In this document: in pieces, positions 31,759 to 41,684 of the stretch
Position numbering within the stretch: position 1 is the stretch's first letter
Layout: every line of letters starts with the position of its first letter
Assembly: GCA_963771355.1 (NCBI GenBank)
Contig: CAVYTA010000007.1
Location: forward strand, 320,001-384,000
Length of the DNA: 64,000 nucleotides
Source of the DNA: an uncultured Candidatus Rokubacteria bacterium
GTDB lineage: Bacteria; Methylomirabilota; Methylomirabilia; Rokubacteriales; CSP1-6
Reading direction: 5' to 3'
Program-made: the position numbers and the translations under genes
Notes under the pieces: generated by a model
Database searches by the model: none
What the model was told of the DNA's origin: nothing
What the model saw: only the letters and a program-made list of their open reading frames with translations

Positions 31759-33984
31759 ATGGCGGCGGGCAAGATCGTGGACGCGGGCGAAGCAACCGGG
31801 CGGCCGGCGGGGCCGGGAAGCGCGCGGCGCCGCCGCGCCCGCGCGCGCCGGCCCGGTGGCGACGGACGCTGGGTGCGCGAGGTCAAGGGCATCCTGGCCC
31901 TGGCGCTGGCGGGATTCGGGCTGGTGGCGCTCTACGCCTTCGATCCCACCCGGCATCCACTTGACCAGTCGAGCCCGGTGGGGCCGGTGGGGCTCTGGCT
32001 GGGCTGGGCCGCCTTCTGGGCCTTCGGCTACGCGGGCTACGTCTTCCCGCTGCTGCTCCTCCTCTACGGCGCCGGCGCCTTCGTGCGCGCGCCGCTCGCG
32101 CGCGGCTGGCCGGGGCTCGCCGGCCTCGTCCTGCTCCTCATCAGCATTACCGGCATCCTCGCGCGCAACTCGGACACGCTGGCGGAGATCCGCATCCACA
32201 AGGGTGGCATGCTCGGCTGGGCGGTCGGTCAGGCGCTCGGCACCACGGTGGGCGGCGTGGGCTCGTGGATCATCCTGCTCGCCATCCTGCCGGTGGCCGC
32301 GCTCTTCATCACCCAGGCCTCGCTCGGCGGCGTGTCCCGTCTGCTTCGCGCCCGCCTGGCCGCGTGGAGAGCCGGATCCGCGACGGGGAGCCCGAACCGA
32401 CTGGACGATGTTGATGAGAATCAACGGTATCAGAAGCAGGCGGCGATCCCCGAGAAGGCCTTCACCCCGCCGCCCCTGATCGTGAAGGAGCCGCCCAAGG
32501 CCAAGTCGGGGCTGGCGGAGAAGGGCCTGGCCTGGCAAGAGACGTTCGACTTCGGCTCCGGCGGTGCGCAGGCCTTCAAGCTGCCCGCGGTCGGGCTGCT
32601 CCAGGCGCCTCCCGCGTCCGCGCTGGCTCGCACGCGCGAGGAGCTGGAGGCCAACGCCGCCACGCTCAAGAGGAAGCTGGCCGACTTCGGGGTGGACGGC
32701 CACATCGTGCAGGCCAGCCCCGGGCCGGTGATCACCTCCTACGAGTTCGAGCCCGCCGCCGGCGTCAAGGTCAGCCAGGTGGTGAACCTCTCCGACGACC
32801 TCGCCCTGGCCATGAAGGCGGCGGCGGTGCGCATCATCGGCCCCATTCCCGGGCGCGGCACGGTGGCGGTGGAGGTGCCGAATCCCGAGTCGGCGACGGT
32901 GTATCTCCGCGAGATCCTCGTCTCGCCCGAGTTCGTCGAGGCCAAGGGCCGCTTGCCGCTCGCGCTGGGCAAGGACACCACCGGCAACGCGATGGTCTCG
33001 GACCTGGCGAGCATGCCGCACCTCCTCATCGCGGGCTCCACCGGCAGCGGCAAGAGCGTGGGCCTCAACACCATGATCTGCTCGCTGCTGTACAAGGCCA
33101 CGCCGGCCGACGTCCGGTTCCTGTTGATCGACCCCAAGCGGCTGGAGCTGGGCATCTACGAGGGTATCCCGCATCTCCTCGCCCCGGTCGTGACCGACGC
33201 CAAGGAAGCCGCCATGCGGCTCAAGTGGATCGTGGGGAAGATGGACGACCGCTACAAGCAGCTCCAGGCCAAGGCGGTGCGGAACATCGAGGGCTACAAC
33301 AAGGAAGTGGGCCCCGAGGAACGGCTGCCGTACTGGGTGGTGGTGGTGGACGAGCTGGCCGACCTCATGATGGTCTCCGCGGGCGAGGTGCAGAACTCGC
33401 TGGTGCGCCTGGCCCAGATCGCGCGCGCGGTGGGCATCCACTTGATCGTGGCCACCCAGCGCCCCTCGGTCGACGTGGTGACGGGCCTCATCAAGGCCAA
33501 CTTCCCCACCCGCATCGCCTTCCAGGTGGCGTCCAAGGTGGACTCCCGCACCGTGCTCGACGGCAACGGGGCCGAGCAGCTCCTCGGCAAGGGCGACATG
33601 ATCTTCGTGCCGCCGGGCGCCTCCCGGCAGGTGCGGGTGCACGGCTCCTGGGTGGCCGACAACGAGGTCAAGGCCATCTGCGAGTTTCTCCGCCGGCAGG
33701 GGGCGGCCGTCTACGAGAAGGTGGAGATGCCCACGCTGGACGCCGACGGTGGCGGCGGCGATGGGGAAGACCGCGACGACATCTACTGGGACGCGGTGAA
33801 TCTCGTCATCGCCCAGAAGGCCGCCTCCATCTCCTTCCTCCAGCGTCGCCTGGGCCTGGGCTATCCGAAGGCGGCCCGCTTCATCGACATGATGGAGCAG
33901 GACCGCGTCATCGGGCCCGGGCAGGGGGCCAAGCCGCGCGAGATCCTGGTGGGCCCCGAGTACCTCGCCAAGCACGGGCGCTGA
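31759..33984 (+). CDS. ftsK: DNA translocase FtsK
   Basis: N-terminal TMs, GSTGSGKS, IDPKRLE, VVDELADLMM, ATQRPSVDV, gamma domain. Confidence 0.96.
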   Translation: MAAGKIVDAGEATGRPAGPGSARRRRARARRPGGDGRWVREVKGILALALAGFGLVALYAFDPTRHPLDQSSPVGPVGLWLGWAAFWAFGYAGYVFPLLLLLYGAGAFVRAPLARGWPGLAGLVLLLISITGILARNSDTLAEIRIHKGGMLGWAVGQALGTTVGGVGSWIILLAILPVAALFITQASLGGVSRLLRARLAAWRAGSATGSPNRLDDVDENQRYQKQAAIPEKAFTPPPLIVKEPPKAKSGLAEKGLAWQETFDFGSGGAQAFKLPAVGLLQAPPASALARTREELEANAATLKRKLADFGVDGHIVQASPGPVITSYEFEPAAGVKVSQVVNLSDDLALAMKAAAVRIIGPIPGRGTVAVEVPNPESATVYLREILVSPEFVEAKGRLPLALGKDTTGNAMVSDLASMPHLLIAGSTGSGKSVGLNTMICSLLYKATPADVRFLLIDPKRLELGIYEGIPHLLAPVVTDAKEAAMRLKWIVGKMDDRYKQLQAKAVRNIEGYNKEVGPEERLPYWVVVVDELADLMMVSAGEVQNSLVRLAQIARAVGIHLIVATQRPSVDVVTGLIKANFPTRIAFQVASKVDSRTVLDGNGAEQLLGKGDMIFVPPGASRQVRVHGSWVADNEVKAICEFLRRQGAAVYEKVEMPTLDADGGGGDGEDRDDIYWDAVNLVIAQKAASISFLQRRLGLGYPKAARFIDMMEQDRVIGPGQGAKPREILVGPEYLAKHGR

Positions 33985-34023
33985 GCCACCCGAGCGTCGA
34001 GCAGGTGGTGTACCCTTTCCTCC

Positions 34024-34702
34024 ATGGGACATCACGGGACGAGGTGGGTAGTCACGACCCTCACGCTGCTCGCGGTGCTGTGGCTGTCCGGCTCCGCGGC
34101 CGCGCAGACGCTGGAGGAGGTCGTCGCCGGGCTCGAGGGGACCTACGGGCGGATCACGGACCTCAAGGCGGACTTTACCCAGGTCTCGAATAACAAGAGC
34201 CTCGGCCAGGACATCAAGGCCGAGGGCACGGTGCTGCTCAAGAAGGGCGGCAAGATGCGGTGGGACTACAAGAGCCCGTCGCCCCAGCAGATCGTCTCCG
34301 ACGGCAGCTCGCTCTGGGTCTACACTCCCGAGCTCAACCAGGTGAACAAGGGCGACGCCCCCAAGGCCCTGGCGGGGCCCGCCGGCTCTTTCCTGGCCGG
34401 CCTGGGCCGCGTGCGCGAGGAGTTCACCGTGCGCTTCCTGAACCCCGCCGCCAAGGTGGACGGAGCGGGGCGGCACGCTGCTCGACCTCACCCCCAAGAA
34501 TCCGACTCCGTTCCTCACGCGCCTGGTCCTCGCGGTCGACCCCAAGGACTTCATCGTCCGCCAGGCCGTGCTCTACGACCAGCTCGGCAATGCCGTGACC
34601 ATGAACTTCACCCGCGTGGTCACGAACACCGGGCTGGCCGACACCCTGTTCGCTTTCACTCCGCCCAAGGGCGCGGCGGTGGTGCCGCTCAACCCGCGGT
34701 AG
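34024..34702 (+). CDS. lolA: Outer-membrane lipoprotein carrier LolA, +1 frameshift near 34478
   Basis: ADFTQ, GKMRWDY, IVSDG; C-part LLDLTPK...FAFTPPKGA in the next frame; follows ftsK. Confidence 0.88.
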
Positions 34703-34729
34703 TCGGGCGCGTTCCACGGAGAGCCGACC

Positions 34730-35230
34730 ATGGCCGCTGCTGAGAACAGCTTCGACATTGCCTGCAAGGTGGACATGCAGGAGGTCGCCAACGCCATCAA
34801 TCAGGCGACGCGGGAAATCGAGACCCGCTATGACCTCAAGGGGTCGAAGAACGAGATCAAGCAAGAGAAGATGGACATCCTGATCGCGTCCGGCGACGAG
34901 ATGAAGCTCAAGGCGGTGGTCGACATCCTGCAATCCAAGCTCCATCGGCGTGGGATCGACCTCAAGGCGCTGACCATCGGCGACCCGGAGCCCGCCGCCG
35001 GCGCCACCCTCAAGCAGAAGATCACGCTGCAGGATGGCGTCCCCATCGAGAAGGCCAAGGAGATCGTGCGGCTCATCAAGGACTCCAAGATCCGGGTACA
35101 GGCCTCCATCCAGGAGAAGCAGGTGCGCGTGGCGGGCAAGAACCGCGACGACCTCCAGGCGGTGATCGCGCTGGTGAAGGGCAAGGACCTGGGCGTCGCG
35201 CTCCAGTTCACGAATTACCGGTCGACCTGA
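34730..35230 (+). CDS. yajQ: YajQ family nucleotide/c-di-GMP-binding protein
   Basis: SFDIACKVDMQEVANA, RYDLKGS, VQASIQ, RDDLQAVI, QFTNYR. Confidence 0.93.
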   Translation: MAAAENSFDIACKVDMQEVANAINQATREIETRYDLKGSKNEIKQEKMDILIASGDEMKLKAVVDILQSKLHRRGIDLKALTIGDPEPAAGATLKQKITLQDGVPIEKAKEIVRLIKDSKIRVQASIQEKQVRVAGKNRDDLQAVIALVKGKDLGVALQFTNYRST

Positions 35231-35430
35231 GTCGCCCCCTCGACGTGTACCCCGCCTGGGGTCCAGCAGCTTCGATCTACCCACGTTCTTGTGGGTGTAA
35301 AGATTTCTGTAAATTTCCCGCCTACGAGGTCGCCGCGTCTAACCTACTGAAATAAAAGGCGTGCTGGTCCTTGATTTGACTTGGGCTGGCGGTCGGCTGC
35401 CCGTATTCGGCCCCTAAAACAGGCTCGGGG

Positions 35431-35447
35431 CGTCGGAAAATCTTACA
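35431..35447. promoter_or_regulatory. Candidate bEBP enhancer site CGT-N11-ACA (near TGT-N11-ACA)
   Basis: CGTCGGAAAATCTTACA about 90 bp upstream of the sigma54 box; related TGTAAA half-sites at 35296 and 35308. Confidence 0.5.
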
Positions 35448-35534
35448 AACCCATCAACTTATTCACCCCATTGATCGTAGAAGAATCGGTGTAACTCATC
35501 GATCTAACTTATAAGGCGTCGGCGGCTTCTCACG

Positions 35535-35550
35535 TGGCAAACAGCTTGCT
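35535..35550 (+). promoter_or_regulatory. Sigma-54 (-24/-12) promoter
   Basis: TGGCAAACAGCTTGCT, exact GG-N10-GC spacing, 47 bp upstream of the PEP-CTERM ATG. Confidence 0.8.
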
Positions 35551-35596
35551 GTCTGACCTTCCAACGATCTTTTGATCCTAGGGAGGGCCTGCAGAC

Positions 35597-36451
35597 ATGA
35601 AGCATCGGATCCCGAAGGCGCTGCTCACGACGGCGGTTCTCCTCGGCACGGCATGCCTTGCCGAAGCCGCCGTGATCACGGTCCCGCAGAGCAACTTGAT
35701 CTCGTCGACGCAGTACTACACCGACATCATCGGCGGCGGCATCGGCGACATCGTCGTCATGACGGGCGGCGGCAATGCCCCGGGCGTCGGTGTTGCTACC
35801 GGGCGCAACGACGATGGCTTCAGCGGCCCCATCAACTTCAACTTCACGACCCCGCTCAATTTCTTCGGGGTCCCCCGGACGTCCTTCTTCGCCAACAACA
35901 ACGGCAATATCAGCTTCGGCGCCGGCATCTCCGCGTTCATTCCGATCGGTCCTACCGGCGCAGCCGCTCCGGTGATCTCCCCATTCTTCGGCGACGTGGA
36001 CACCCGGAATTTGGCGTCCGGTGTCTTGCATCTCCGCACCGATATCCCGAATCAGGTGATCCTTACCTGGGATGCAGTCGGATTTTTCGGCTCGCATGCC
36101 CCCCCGACCGATAGCTTCCAGCTCGTCGTCCGGGGTCCGGACTACGACATCCCGGTGGGCGAGGGAACGATCGGATTCTTCTACAAGGACATGGGCTGGG
36201 AAGATACGGATACCAGCAACGTGGCCGCGGTCGGCTTCGGGGACGGCGTGGGCAACGGCGTGGTGCTCGAGGGATCCGTCGAGCCGGGTCTCATCGGTGC
36301 CCTCACGAATCACCACATCTGGTTCGACGTGAACCTGGAGCCCATTCCCGGGCCCGGGTCTTCGAATGGCGTACCCGCGCCCGCCTCGTTGATTCTGCTG
36401 GGCCTCGGGCTCATCGGATTCGCGGTGCTTCGGCGTCGCCTTTCGGCCTGA
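35597..36451 (+). CDS. PEP-CTERM sorting-signal surface protein with nidogen (NIDO)-like domain
   Basis: Signal peptide; NDDG..FFANNNGNISF, ISPFFGDVDTR, FQLVV; C-terminal VPAPASLILLGLGLIGFAVLRRR. Confidence 0.85.
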   Translation: MKHRIPKALLTTAVLLGTACLAEAAVITVPQSNLISSTQYYTDIIGGGIGDIVVMTGGGNAPGVGVATGRNDDGFSGPINFNFTTPLNFFGVPRTSFFANNNGNISFGAGISAFIPIGPTGAAAPVISPFFGDVDTRNLASGVLHLRTDIPNQVILTWDAVGFFGSHAPPTDSFQLVVRGPDYDIPVGEGTIGFFYKDMGWEDTDTSNVAAVGFGDGVGNGVVLEGSVEPGLIGALTNHHIWFDVNLEPIPGPGSSNGVPAPASLILLGLGLIGFAVLRRRLSA

Positions 36452-36477
36452 CGTCTAGCCAGTACGTCGCCTCCTAC

Positions 36478-36512
36478 GGGGCGCCGGCACACCGCCGGCG
36501 CCCCTCGTCTTT
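36478..36512 (+). terminator. Probable intrinsic terminator
   Basis: GGGGCGCCGGC-ACACC-GCCGGCGCCCC followed by a weak U-tract (TCGTCTTT). Confidence 0.6.
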
Positions 36513-36547
36513 CCACCCTCCGCGGCCGGGTCTGATAGGCTGAGGTC

Positions 36548-38545
36548 GTGAGGTCGCTGGTCGTCATTGCGACGCTGCTGCTCCTGGCTACCGCCGGGCC
36601 CGCCTTCGGCGTCATTCCCGAGAGCTCGGGTATCGGCGTTCCGCCGGTACCCGAGGCGCCCTCCGCGCCTCCCACCCTCGCGGCGGTGATCGAGCTCCTC
36701 AAGAAGGGTGACGCCGCCGGCGCCCTCAAGGGCGCGCGCGTGTTCGTCAAGAGCCAGCCGGGCTCGGCGGTGGGCCATGAGGTGCACGGCGTGGCCGCGC
36801 AGGTGAACCGGCTCAATCGCGAGGCGGAGGCGGCCTACACCGAGTCCCTTCGCCTCGAGCCGGGCCGGGAGATGGTGATGCTCCGCCTCGGCCAGCTTGC
36901 GCTCGAGGCACGCGAGCTGAAGAAGGCGGAAGGCTGGTTCCGCAAGGCGGTCGAGGCCAATCCCGACCTCGGGGCGGCGCGCCGCGGTCTGGCGCTCTCG
37001 CTGTTCGGGCTACGGCAGCTGCCGGCGGCGCTGCAGGAGATCCAGGAGGCGCTCAAGCGCTCCGATGGCCGTGACGTGGAGGCCAAGTACCTCCTGGCGC
37101 ATATCTTGAACCAGACGGGGCGTACCGCGCTCGCGGAGCCGGTGCTGGACCAGGTACTGGCGGCCCGGCCCGACCATGTCCCCTCGCTTCTCCTGCAGGG
37201 GCTGGTGAAGCTCGAGCTGCGGAAGACCGACGAGGCGGAGGCGCTGTTCGCCCGGGTCGTCCAGCGTGATCCCAAGTCTCCGCACGCTCGCCTGGGCCTT
37301 GCCATCGTCGAGCGCTCGCGGGGCCAGCTCGCCCCCGCCGCCACCGCCCTGGAGGGCGTCATCCGGGACCGGCCCGACTGGACGCTGGCCTACTTCGAGC
37401 TCGGACGCACGCGGCTGCAGCTGCGCCAGCTCGATGCCGCGTTGAAGGCGTTCGACCGCGCCGAGCAGACGAGCCCGGATCCCGCGGTGACACGCGTCCG
37501 CGCCGCCCAGAGCCTCGCGGCGGCGGGGGAGAAGGACCGCGCGCTCGCCAAGGCCCAGGCCTCCCTCGCGTCCGTCAACGCGGCGCCGCTCGCCCGGGCG
37601 CTGCTGGTGCGCCTCTACGTCGAGAAGGGCCAGCCCGACCTCGCGGAGCGCGAGCTGCAGGCGGCGATCAGCGCCGCGCCGCAGGACGCCACGCCGCTCC
37701 TCAATCTTGCGCGCTTCTATATGGACCAGCGGCGGGCCGCCGACGCGGTGGCGCCGCTGGAGCGAGCGGCTACCCTCAGCCCCACGCAGGCGGAGCCGCT
37801 GGCGCTCCTGGTCGATGCTCACCTCGTCCTCGGGCAGAAGGACCGCGTGGTCGCCACCGGCGAGCGGCTGCTGCGAGTCCAGGGGGAGACGCCGGCCGCG
37901 TACTTGGTCTTCGCCATCGTCAACGAGAAGGTCGATCGGCCGGCGGAAGCCCTGGAGGCGTATCAGCGCGTGCTCGACAAGGAGCCCGGCCATCTGGTCG
38001 CCGCCCGTGCGCGCGCCCGGCTGCTCGCGCGCCAGCAGCGGATGCCGGAGGCAATCCGCCTGCTCGAGGAGGCCGCCCGGCTCAACCCAAAGGCGCCCGA
38101 GCCCCTCCTCGATCTGGCCCAGGCCGAGGAGCGGGCGGGCAATGTTCCGGGCGCGGTGGCCGCCTATCGCCGCGCCATCGAGCGCGCGCCCGATAACGGC
38201 ATCTTGCTCAACAATCTCGCCTATCTGCTCGCTGGGGATCCCGACGCCCGCGACGAGGCGGTCCGCCTGGCCGAGCGCGCCCACGGCCTGGCGCCACAGA
38301 GCCCGGTGGTGGCGGATACGCTCGGGTGGCTCCTGTATCTCAAGGGGGACCTGCCGCGCGCGGAGGCGCTGCTTGCTGCCGCCGCGAAGGCGGCGCCGGG
38401 CATCGCCGAGGTCCGCTATCACCTCGGGATGGTCTATGCCAAGCAGGGCAAGACCGAGGACGCACGGCGCGAGCTCGAGGCGGCGCTCAAGGCCGGTACC
38501 TTCAAGGACGCGGCCGAGGCGCGCCGGACGCTCGAATCCCTCTAG
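36548..38545 (+). CDS. Secreted multi-TPR protein (PrsT-like, PEP-CTERM-associated)
   Basis: Signal peptide, many TPRs, C-terminal LNNLAYLL...ADTLGWLLY...YHLG; adjacent to the PEP-CTERM gene. Confidence 0.8.
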   Translation: MRSLVVIATLLLLATAGPAFGVIPESSGIGVPPVPEAPSAPPTLAAVIELLKKGDAAGALKGARVFVKSQPGSAVGHEVHGVAAQVNRLNREAEAAYTESLRLEPGREMVMLRLGQLALEARELKKAEGWFRKAVEANPDLGAARRGLALSLFGLRQLPAALQEIQEALKRSDGRDVEAKYLLAHILNQTGRTALAEPVLDQVLAARPDHVPSLLLQGLVKLELRKTDEAEALFARVVQRDPKSPHARLGLAIVERSRGQLAPAATALEGVIRDRPDWTLAYFELGRTRLQLRQLDAALKAFDRAEQTSPDPAVTRVRAAQSLAAAGEKDRALAKAQASLASVNAAPLARALLVRLYVEKGQPDLAERELQAAISAAPQDATPLLNLARFYMDQRRAADAVAPLERAATLSPTQAEPLALLVDAHLVLGQKDRVVATGERLLRVQGETPAAYLVFAIVNEKVDRPAEALEAYQRVLDKEPGHLVAARARARLLARQQRMPEAIRLLEEAARLNPKAPEPLLDLAQAEERAGNVPGAVAAYRRAIERAPDNGILLNNLAYLLAGDPDARDEAVRLAERAHGLAPQSPVVADTLGWLLYLKGDLPRAEALLAAAAKAAPGIAEVRYHLGMVYAKQGKTEDARRELEAALKAGTFKDAAEARRTLESL

Positions 38546-38612
38546 GAGCGCCTCCCGCGCACGCCTCCGGTTTGACGCCGTCGGCGGCGGTATGTGATCA
38601 TGAGGCCTCCCC

Positions 38613-39923
38613 ATGAAGGTCCACTTCACCACCCTTGGCTGCCCGAAGAACCAGGTCGATTCCGAGCTGATGCTCGGCATGCTGGCCACGGCCGGCCACC
38701 AGATCGTCGCGCGCGCCGAGGCCGCCGAGTGCCTGGTGGTCAATACGTGCGCCTTCATCGACCGCGCTCGCGAGGAGTCGGTCAACACCATCCTCGACCT
38801 GGCCAAGCTGAAGGAGCGGGGCCGGGCGCGCGCGCTCATCGTGACCGGCTGTCTCACCCAGCGCTACGGGCAGGACATCCTCACCGAGATCCCGGAAGTC
38901 AGCGCCATCCTCGGTACCTCGGAGCTGGACCGCATCGTGGACCTCGTGAACCAGGCCGACGGCCGGCAGAACTGGGTGACCGCGGCGCCGCCGGGCTATC
39001 TCTACGACGCGGCCACCCCGCGCCTTCTCAGCACGCGCGCGCCCTATGCCTACGTGAAGATCGCCGAGGGCTGCGACATGGGGTGTACGTTCTGCGCGAT
39101 CCCGCAGTTCCGGGGCCGTCACCGCAGCCGCCCCATCCAGGACGTGGTCGCCGAGGTGAAGGGGCTCGCCGCACGCGGGATCCAGGAGGCCATCCTCGTG
39201 TCCCAGGACACGCTGGCCTACGGCCGCGATCTCGCCGGCAACGGGGACATCGCCGATCTACTGCTCGCGCTCTCCGACACCGCGATGCCGTGGATCCGAC
39301 CCATGTACCTCCACCCCGCGCACGTCAACGACCGCCTCGTCACCCGCTGGGCGCGCGCGCGGGTGGTGCCGTACCTCGACATGCCGGTGCAGCACGGCGA
39401 CGACGGCGTGCTGCGCGCGATGCGCCGGGCGGTGACGGCGCGCCGGATGAAGGAGATCGTCGCCCAGTTCCGTGAGGCCATCCCGGGTGTCACCGTGCGG
39501 ACCACGGTGCTGGTGGGCTTCCCCGGGGAGACGGAGGCCGCCTTCGACAATCTCCTGGGCTTCATCGAGGACGTGGCCTTCGACCGGCTGGGCGTCTTCA
39601 CCTACTCCACCGAGGAGGGCACCCCCGCCGCGACCATGGCCGATCCGGTCCCCGCGGCGACCATGACCGAGCGGGCGGCGCTGGTGGAGGAGACGCAAGA
39701 TCGGCTGGCGTGGCCGCGCCAGAAGGCGCTCTTCGGGACCAGCCAGACGGTGCTGGTGGACGGGCCCGGCCCCGACCGCGCCTTTCCCTTCGAGGGGCGA
39801 CTGGCCGGCCAGGCCCCCGAGATCGACGGGGTGGTCCTCCTCCGCGACAAGCGCCTCACCCCGGGCCGCTTCGCGGAGGTCCGCATCGTCGAAGTGGACG
39901 GCTACGAGCTCGTCGGAGAGTAA
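38613..39923 (+). CDS. rimO: Ribosomal protein S12 methylthiotransferase
   Basis: LGCPKNQVDSE, NTCAFI, KIAEGCDMGCTFC radical-SAM motif, APEIDG. Confidence 0.96.
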   Translation: MKVHFTTLGCPKNQVDSELMLGMLATAGHQIVARAEAAECLVVNTCAFIDRAREESVNTILDLAKLKERGRARALIVTGCLTQRYGQDILTEIPEVSAILGTSELDRIVDLVNQADGRQNWVTAAPPGYLYDAATPRLLSTRAPYAYVKIAEGCDMGCTFCAIPQFRGRHRSRPIQDVVAEVKGLAARGIQEAILVSQDTLAYGRDLAGNGDIADLLLALSDTAMPWIRPMYLHPAHVNDRLVTRWARARVVPYLDMPVQHGDDGVLRAMRRAVTARRMKEIVAQFREAIPGVTVRTTVLVGFPGETEAAFDNLLGFIEDVAFDRLGVFTYSTEEGTPAATMADPVPAATMTERAALVEETQDRLAWPRQKALFGTSQTVLVDGPGPDRAFPFEGRLAGQAPEIDGVVLLRDKRLTPGRFAEVRIVEVDGYELVGE

Positions 39924-40023
39924 CGCGGACGCGCCGGGCGAGCCGGCGGAGCTACCACGGCCGAGCCGGCTCGACCGCCTCGCATTCGCGCTCGCCACCT
40001 GCGGCGGCGCCGGCTATGCTCCG

Positions 40024-40425
40024 GTGGCTTCCGGCACCGTCGGCAGCGCCGTTGCCCTCGTCCTGCTGTGGCTCATCCCGTTCACGCCCATGGCGCTCGT
40101 CTGGACCACGCTCGCCGTCACCTTGCTGGGCATCTGGTCGGGTGGACGCGTCGAGCGCGCCGTCGGCCAGAAGGATCCGGGCATCATCGTGATCGACGAG
40201 GTCGCCGGCATGGCGCTGTCCGTCCTCTTCCTCCCCCGGACCATCCCCGTCCTCCTGGTGGCGTTCTTCCTCTTCCGTCTCTTCGACGTGTGGAAGCCCT
40301 TCCCGGCGCGCGAGAGTCAGGCCCTCACCGGCGGGCTGGGCGTCATGGTGGATGACCTCATCGCGGGCGGGTACGCCCTCGTGCTCGTGATGGGCGCGCG
40401 CGCGCTGTTCGGGGTGCCGGCGTGA
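40024..40425 (+). CDS. pgpA: Phosphatidylglycerophosphatase A; family-like sequence extends upstream to about 39970 without a canonical start
   Basis: GYAPVASGTVGS, DPGIIVIDEVAG, FRLFDVWKP, GVMVDDLIAG. Confidence 0.92.
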   Translation: MASGTVGSAVALVLLWLIPFTPMALVWTTLAVTLLGIWSGGRVERAVGQKDPGIIVIDEVAGMALSVLFLPRTIPVLLVAFFLFRLFDVWKPFPARESQALTGGLGVMVDDLIAGGYALVLVMGARALFGVPA

Positions 40426-41684
40426 CGGGCGTGCGCATCCTCACCGTGGGCGTGGCGGAGCTCGCCGGGCGCGACGACGCCGCCGGGCTCGCGGTGGCGC
40501 GCGCCCTCCGTGCCGACGGCGTGCCGGTGGCGTCGCGCGCGGTGGTGGACGAGGACGAGGGTGCGCTGGAGGCCGCGCTCGGGCCCGCGCTCGACGGAGG
40601 CGGCGTGGTCGTCGTGCTGGCCCCGCCCGGCGGTTCCGCGGGCGACATCGTGCGGCGGGTCCTGGCCCGGCTCGCCGGTGTCCGCCTGGTGCTCAGCGAT
40701 CGACTGCTCGACCTCCTCGACGCGGACTTCGCCCGCCGAGGCCGTGCCCTTCCCCGTCGGCTCGAGCGCCTGGCCCTCCTGCCGCAAGGCGCCCAGCTCT
40801 GGACGGCGCCTGCGGGCGGCGGGGCCGCCTCCACCGCCGGCGGGCCCCCCGGCTGGGCCCTGGAGGCGCGCGGCGCGCTGGTGGCGGTGCTGCCGCTCGA
40901 CGCGCCCGATCTCGGCGCGCTCGTCGAGCAGCATCTCCGGCCCGCAGCGCGCGACCGTGCCGGGGCGGGTGGCGTCGCCCTCGTGAGCCTGCTGCGCACC
41001 ACTGGGGTCTCCGCGGCGGACGCCGAGGAGCGCCTGGCGTCCTGGCTGGGCAAGGAGGGCCCGGTGACGGTGTCGTGCCTGGTGGTGGACGGCGATGTCT
41101 GGGTCCGTCTCCTCGCGCGCGCGCCCTCTCGCGCGGTGGCGGAGGCCGCGCTGACGGACGCCGGCCCCGCCGTGCGAGAGGCGCTCGGCACCGATTGCTA
41201 TGGCGCGGACGGCGAATCCCTCGAGGTGGTCGTGGGTGCGCTGCTCCGCGAGCGCGGGCTGGGGGTGTCCACCGCCGAGTCCTGCACCGGCGGGCTCGTC
41301 GCCCATCGACTCACCAATATCCCCGGCTCCTCACGGTATGTCGACCGTGGTGTCGTGGTGTATTCGAACGAGGCCAAGACCGACCTCCTCGGCGTCCCCG
41401 CCGAGCTCATCCGCGCGCACGGGGCCGTCAGCGCGCCGGTGGCGGAGGCGATGGCCCGCGGGGTATGCCGCCTCGGCGGCACCGCCTGCGGCGTGGCCAT
41501 CACCGGCATCGCGGGGCCCGACGGCGGCTCGCCGGAGAAGCCCGTGGGCACGGTGTTCATCGGGGTGGCCTCCCCCGCGGGGGTCGAGGTCCGCCGGTTC
41601 CTCTTCCCGGGTGGGCGCGAGGCGGTGAAGTGGCAGTCGGCGCAGGCCGCGCTCGATATGCTCCGGCGCGCGCTCCTGGCCTGA
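40422..41684 (+). CDS. cinA: CinA / NMN deamidase (PncC domain) with divergent N-terminal domain
   Basis: AESCTGG, YSNEAK, HGAVS, ITGIAGPDGG, KPVGTV. Confidence 0.92.
   Translation: MTGVRILTVGVAELAGRDDAAGLAVARALRADGVPVASRAVVDEDEGALEAALGPALDGGGVVVVLAPPGGSAGDIVRRVLARLAGVRLVLSDRLLDLLDADFARRGRALPRRLERLALLPQGAQLWTAPAGGGAASTAGGPPGWALEARGALVAVLPLDAPDLGALVEQHLRPAARDRAGAGGVALVSLLRTTGVSAADAEERLASWLGKEGPVTVSCLVVDGDVWVRLLARAPSRAVAEAALTDAGPAVREALGTDCYGADGESLEVVVGALLRERGLGVSTAESCTGGLVAHRLTNIPGSSRYVDRGVVVYSNEAKTDLLGVPAELIRAHGAVSAPVAEAMARGVCRLGGTACGVAITGIAGPDGGSPEKPVGTVFIGVASPAGVEVRRFLFPGGREAVKWQSAQAALDMLRRALLA

Noticed and set aside
28210..34554. 2114-aa minus-strand ORF
   Set aside because: Only 28210-29898 (the SBP) is credible; the rest is an antisense shadow of rnj/ftsK/lolA caused by high GC
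35231..35596. tRNA or prophage attachment site in the AT-rich gap
   Set aside because: No cloverleaf, integrase or flanking direct repeats; the sigma54 regulatory elements explain the region
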